Shown here piece after piece: positions 35,922 through 40,176 of a DNA stretch of 40,176 bases; position 1 is the stretch's first letter; every line of letters starts with the position of its first letter. The position numbers were made by a program, and so were the translations under genes. The notes beneath the pieces were generated by a model, which did no database searches, was not told the DNA's origin, and saw only the letters and a program-made list of their open reading frames with translations. The stretch lies in the sequence record SRR31156797_292. One strand, given 5' to 3'.

Positions 35922-37256
35922 ATGAAAGAGAATAAAAAATTCATTCTCAAATGTGAAAAGTGCTTATACGAAGTACAGGACTTTAGAGAGTGGTTTGGCC
36001 ATATGCAAAAATGTCCAAAATGTGGACATAAAATAGCATATGCCGAATATACAAGAGACATAAATGACGTAATTTCCTTAATTAAAGAAGAGCACAGTAA
36101 AGCCAAAAATGTATTCCACTATTTTGATTTTTTGCCACTTTATAATGCTGAAAATATTATAACTGCGGGAGAAGGCGTTATACCAGTTGAGCGCTGGAAA
36201 TTCTTAGAAGAATTTGCAAAAAAGTATTACAACAAAAAAATTGAGGTTGTAGTCTATCGTAATGACTTAAATCCGGGTACAGGTACATTTAAGGATGTAG
36301 CTGCGGCAATTACAGCTAGTGTATTAAAAGAAAACGATATTAAAGAGTATTGCGTAGCCAGTACTGGCAATATAGCCAATGCTTTTTCGCATTACCTTGC
36401 AAAAGCAGGTATTTCATTAACTGTATTCATTCCTGATGATGCTCTAAAAGCCAATGAGGCAGAAGTTAGCACTTATGGGCAACGTGTTGTGCGTGTTAAA
36501 GGAGATTACAATAAAGCTAAAGAAGTAGCTGCTGCATACTCTGAAAAATATAAAATTCTAATGTCAGGAGGCAACACAGATGCCATGCGTGTCGAAGGTA
36601 AAAAAACCATGGTATATGAATGGCTAAGACAAATGAATAAAATGCCGGATGTCTACATTCAGGCATTAAGTGGTGGAACAGGTCCAATTGCCATAGACAA
36701 AGCCGTTGAAGATATGAAAGGTAGTGAGATTGAGGTAAATCTCCCACGTTTCATTATGGTACAAGCCGATCAATGTGCACCAATGCGCATGGCATGGGAT
36801 GATGCCAAAGCCAAAGGATTCCCTGAAGGCTGGGAGCATAAATACCCGGTACTGGAAAGCCCGATAACTAAAGTGCCAACATTGGCTAATGGAAACCCGA
36901 AAACTTTTCCTATAATTGGCTCTTTAACAAAGAAAAGCAACGGAGAAATTATAGATTTCAATGAAAAACTAATTACAGAAATCTCTAAACTAGTTGCTTA
37001 TAACAAGCACATACAAGTCGGTCCTGCCTCATCTATTGCCATTGGTGGTTTCTTTGAATCATTACACAAAGGCCTCCTTAACGATGGTGAATGTGTGATG
37101 ATTAATGTTGGTGAAGGTGTGCGCAGATCGCCAGAATTTATGGTAGAAATGATTTACACTACACAAAACGTAGCATCAGTAGAAGAAGTAGACAGATATG
37201 ACAGAGGAATCCATGGAGAAAAACTTTGGGAGCCTTTTGTGAATTACAAGAAATAA
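35922..37256 (+). CDS. PLP fold-type II enzyme, threonine-synthase-like
   Basis: N-terminal CxxC...CPKCG, AGEGVIP, NPGTGTFKD (PLP Lys), ASTGN and RVEGKKT. Confidence 0.85.
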   Translation: MKENKKFILKCEKCLYEVQDFREWFGHMQKCPKCGHKIAYAEYTRDINDVISLIKEEHSKAKNVFHYFDFLPLYNAENIITAGEGVIPVERWKFLEEFAKKYYNKKIEVVVYRNDLNPGTGTFKDVAAAITASVLKENDIKEYCVASTGNIANAFSHYLAKAGISLTVFIPDDALKANEAEVSTYGQRVVRVKGDYNKAKEVAAAYSEKYKILMSGGNTDAMRVEGKKTMVYEWLRQMNKMPDVYIQALSGGTGPIAIDKAVEDMKGSEIEVNLPRFIMVQADQCAPMRMAWDDAKAKGFPEGWEHKYPVLESPITKVPTLANGNPKTFPIIGSLTKKSNGEIIDFNEKLITEISKLVAYNKHIQVGPASSIAIGGFFESLHKGLLNDGECVMINVGEGVRRSPEFMVEMIYTTQNVASVEEVDRYDRGIHGEKLWEPFVNYKK

Positions 37257-37322
37257 AAATAAACCATATATTTGATGCCGGTTTCGAATATTCAAAACCG
37301 GCATTTTACATTAATTACAACT

Positions 37323-38249
37323 ATGAAAAAATATATCTTAAACATATTCAAAGGCGCAGGAATGGGCGCGGCAGATGTCGTTCCGGGTGTTTCTGGTGGA
37401 ACAATCGCCTTAATCACTGGGATTTATGAAGAGCTTGTAGATTCACTCAAATCAATCAATTTAGCAGCCATTAAAACGCTTTTTTCTAAAGGAATTGGTG
37501 CATTTTGGACACATATAAACGGTTGGTTTTTAGTGAGTGTATTCGCTGGAGTATTTGCAAGTGTATTTTCTCTGGCTAAGCTTCTTGAAACTCTTTTAGC
37601 AGAGTACCCCATAATGGTGTGGTCATTCTTTTTTGGCCTCATAGTGGCATCAGCGCTGATGATATTGGGGAAAATTAAAAAATGGGATATTGGAAAAGCA
37701 ATTGGTGTAATAGCGGGAACGGCCATAGCTTATATGATTACCGTTTTAAGTCCGGCACAAACACCAGAAACATGGTGGTTTGTAATGTTGTCAGGTGCAA
37801 TTGCCATCTGTGCCATGATTTTACCAGGCATTTCAGGGGCTTTCATACTTTTACTTTTAGGCAAATATGCCTATATCATTGGCGCTATCAGTAACCTTGA
37901 TTTTGAAATTATTGCTATTTTCGGTGTAGGTGCAATTGTGGGACTCCTCTCCTTCTCAAACCTTTTAAGTTATTTACTACACAAATTTCACGACCTGACT
38001 ATCGCTATTCTTTCAGGCTTCATGCTTGGCTCATTAAATAAAGTATGGCCATGGAAAGAAGTTTTAGAAACTTATACCGACCGTCATGGGGAAGTTCATC
38101 CTTTGATTGAGAAAAACATAATGCCCGAAGCTTATGAAACAACTAATGGCGAACCATCATTTTTACTTTATGCAGTATTGTTCATGATTCTCGGTTTTAG
38201 CATTATTTTTATTTTTGAAATTGCTGCTAAAAAGCTAAGCAAGAGTTAA
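37323..38249 (+). CDS. DUF368 family membrane protein (putative undecaprenyl-phosphate translocase)
   Basis: KGAGMGAADVVPGVSGGTIALITGIY, CAMILPGISGAF and GSLNKVWPW. ATG 37323 (MKKYIL) preferred. Confidence 0.92.
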   Translation: MKKYILNIFKGAGMGAADVVPGVSGGTIALITGIYEELVDSLKSINLAAIKTLFSKGIGAFWTHINGWFLVSVFAGVFASVFSLAKLLETLLAEYPIMVWSFFFGLIVASALMILGKIKKWDIGKAIGVIAGTAIAYMITVLSPAQTPETWWFVMLSGAIAICAMILPGISGAFILLLLGKYAYIIGAISNLDFEIIAIFGVGAIVGLLSFSNLLSYLLHKFHDLTIAILSGFMLGSLNKVWPWKEVLETYTDRHGEVHPLIEKNIMPEAYETTNGEPSFLLYAVLFMILGFSIIFIFEIAAKKLSKS

Positions 38250-38978
38250 ATGAAAACGCTTGGGCTCATAGGATATCCTTTGTCACACAGCTTTTCGCCA
38301 GGCTACTTTGCCAAAAAGTTTGAAAAGCTGGACATCAAGGATATGGAGTATAAGCTATTTCCACTTAAAACTATTGAAGAACTCCCTCAATTACTTGAAA
38401 AAGAGCCAAACCTCATTGGGTTTAACATTACCATACCTTACAAAAAAGAAATTCTATCTTATTTGGATCAAATTGAAACAGAAGCCAAATCCATTGGGGC
38501 AGTAAATATAGTAACTATAAAAAAGAACCAACTCAAAGGATACAACACAGATGTTTATGGTTTTGAATGCACACTGGACAAACTCCCCACCCAACCCAAA
38601 TCAGCTATAATCTTTGGTAATGGAGGTGCCGCTGAAGCTGTAAAATACGCACTCAAAAAACGAAATATTTCATTCAACATCATATCACGAAGAAGTGAAA
38701 CGTATAACTACAATTGGTTAACTGAAGAGAGAATTTCTTCTCACAAACTTCTCATCAACACCACACCTATTGGGATGTATCCAAATATTGATGCTGCGCT
38801 CCCCATACCAAAAGATGGAATTACACCTGATCATTCATTAATCGACCTAATCTACAACCCTGAAGCAACCAGCTTTATGCAAATGGGAATAGACAAAGGT
38901 GCTTTTGCCATTAATGGGCAATTGATGCTGGAGAAGCAGGCTGATAGGGCGTGGGAGATTTTTAATCCCTTTTTATAA
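38250..38978 (+). CDS. aroE: Shikimate dehydrogenase
   Basis: GLIGYPLSHSFSP, NITIPYK, IGAVN, GYNTD, GNGGAA, INTTPIGM, DLIYNP and NGQLML..QA. Confidence 0.95.
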   Translation: MKTLGLIGYPLSHSFSPGYFAKKFEKLDIKDMEYKLFPLKTIEELPQLLEKEPNLIGFNITIPYKKEILSYLDQIETEAKSIGAVNIVTIKKNQLKGYNTDVYGFECTLDKLPTQPKSAIIFGNGGAAEAVKYALKKRNISFNIISRRSETYNYNWLTEERISSHKLLINTTPIGMYPNIDAALPIPKDGITPDHSLIDLIYNPEATSFMQMGIDKGAFAINGQLMLEKQADRAWEIFNPFL

Positions 38979-38986
38979 ATTTAGCC

Positions 38987-40176
38987 TCAATCCTTAATAC
39001 ACCGAACAGAAAGTCCAGCGACTCGAGTAGTGGCTAGTATTCCATAACCAAAGCTAAAGGTATATACCAATGTACTTGTAATGGTACTTGACCAATAACT
39101 TCCACTAGAGCCCACATTACTGAGCGAGCCGCTACCTGTACGGTATCCTGCCTTAGTCAGTTTCAGTGAAGAATTAAACCCAGCTCCTGCACTATTGTTA
39201 CTCCATGTTGCAACTTCATCCTCCCATTCTACTTTTGTGGGCAACCTAAATCCACTTGGACAAGGATTATTGATTCCATTTACTCCTTGCCACAAATTAT
39301 CATTTCCAGGAGTCCTCCAATCCCAATCGTTGGTAATAATAAAATCCCCGTGGCCAGGCGTATCAGTAGTACTTAAAACTGAGGTTGTACTTGAATTTCG
39401 CTTTTCATGACCATCTGCGGCTCGTCCCCACTGATATAAATCACCATAGGCAAGCGCATTGATAGATGAAGTTGCAACTCTGGAAGCCCCCAGATTACGA
39501 TCCATCCAAATCCTACCTGTTAATGAGGTAACTTCTTCCCACAATGGCTCTGTAACAGTATCATTATCGGGCACTTCATGATCTACCCACACCGGAACTC
39601 CATCGATATAGGATAGCACCTGTCCAGTTTCCCCGGCCTCAATTATTATCCACTTCGTTCCATTCCAATATTGCATCTGTCCCATCTGTGTTCCCACAGG
39701 AACTTTAGGATCTGTTTCAGTATAATTATCTAATTTATTATTCCAATTCAATGTATCTGTTTCTGTAATGCCATTTGCAATAGATATGCTATAAAATGGA
39801 TCCAACTCTTCCTGCAACATATCTGCACGCATTTGACTTGCAGTATCTTGAATAGCCTGTGTATTCAATGCTATTCCACTAACATCTGGTAATTCGCCAC
39901 GTAATTGCAGGACAGAATCACCAAGATCAGTTTTTGTTGCAAAAGTTGTTAAATCCTGATCACCGGTATTTACTCCTGACAAGTTCTCCAAATTTGTAAT
40001 ATCTGCTGCTGTAATATTTGAAGCCTCACTTTCTATGAATGCTGGATCCGTCTCACCAAGAGACCCACTAATTGATTCCGCAGTTTTAGCATGCAACGCA
40101 TAAGGAACGCTTAATAGTTGGCTAACTCCTGAGATTGTATAAGAAGCACCTCCTTCAGGATCAAGTTCTGTTTTAA
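38987..40176 (-). CDS. FISUMP-like (Fibrobacter major paralogous domain) putative surface protein, 5'-truncated by the window
   Basis: The frame stays open to the window edge (KTELDPEGGASYTISGVSQLLSVPYALHAKTAE). It has E(T/L)DP repeats and C-terminal WMDRNLGA, YGDLYQWGR, NPCPSGFRLPT..EW, YWSS and SVRCIKD. Confidence 0.85.
   Translation of the reverse strand, partial: KTELDPEGGASYTISGVSQLLSVPYALHAKTAESISGSLGETDPAFIESEASNITAADITNLENLSGVNTGDQDLTTFATKTDLGDSVLQLRGELPDVSGIALNTQAIQDTASQMRADMLQEELDPFYSISIANGITETDTLNWNNKLDNYTETDPKVPVGTQMGQMQYWNGTKWIIIEAGETGQVLSYIDGVPVWVDHEVPDNDTVTEPLWEEVTSLTGRIWMDRNLGASRVATSSINALAYGDLYQWGRAADGHEKRNSSTTSVLSTTDTPGHGDFIITNDWDWRTPGNDNLWQGVNGINNPCPSGFRLPTKVEWEDEVATWSNNSAGAGFNSSLKLTKAGYRTGSGSLSNVGSSGSYWSSTITSTLVYTFSFGYGILATTRVAGLSVRCIKD

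Noticed and set aside
38987-40096. ORF-track start at 40096
   Set aside because: The frame stays open to the window edge through the conserved SQLLSVPYAL motif, so the real start lies outside the window.

Overview
This is an AT-rich bacterial chromosomal window. Repeated TAnnTTTG -7 promoter boxes, lipoproteins with acidic export signals and the gene content point to Bacteroidota, probably an anaerobic Bacteroidales/Marinilabiliales-type organism (inference). It holds about 38 credible CDSs, and I recognised no rRNA, tRNA, CRISPR array, integrase or transposase. The left ~10.6 kb, downstream of the mnmE 3' end, looks accessory. It carries two long palindromic elements, an orphan 3TM-holin + amidase pair and a beta-helix repeat lipoprotein. 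It also carries an operon of tandem-domain SiaB kinase, SiaC, a double-domain aspartyl protease and a 4xCBM48-like protein, and a tripartite HipBST-type toxin-antitoxin locus preceded by three evenly spaced operator-like palindromes. The middle has a second SiaB-SiaC pair converging on an operon of lipoprotein, secreted protein and a 1024-aa ABCG-type exporter with TerB-like and FHA-like N-terminal regions; this is the best candidate for an undescribed signalling/export system. The right half is mostly housekeeping: DPP IV, an M23 peptidase, a pta-hbd-like-ackA-ptb-ptb-buk operon, EamA, DUF4301, a TPR protein, a threonine-synthase-like enzyme, DUF368 and aroE. It ends in a FISUMP-like protein cut by the window edge. 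All family assignments come from motif recognition by eye, not database searches.
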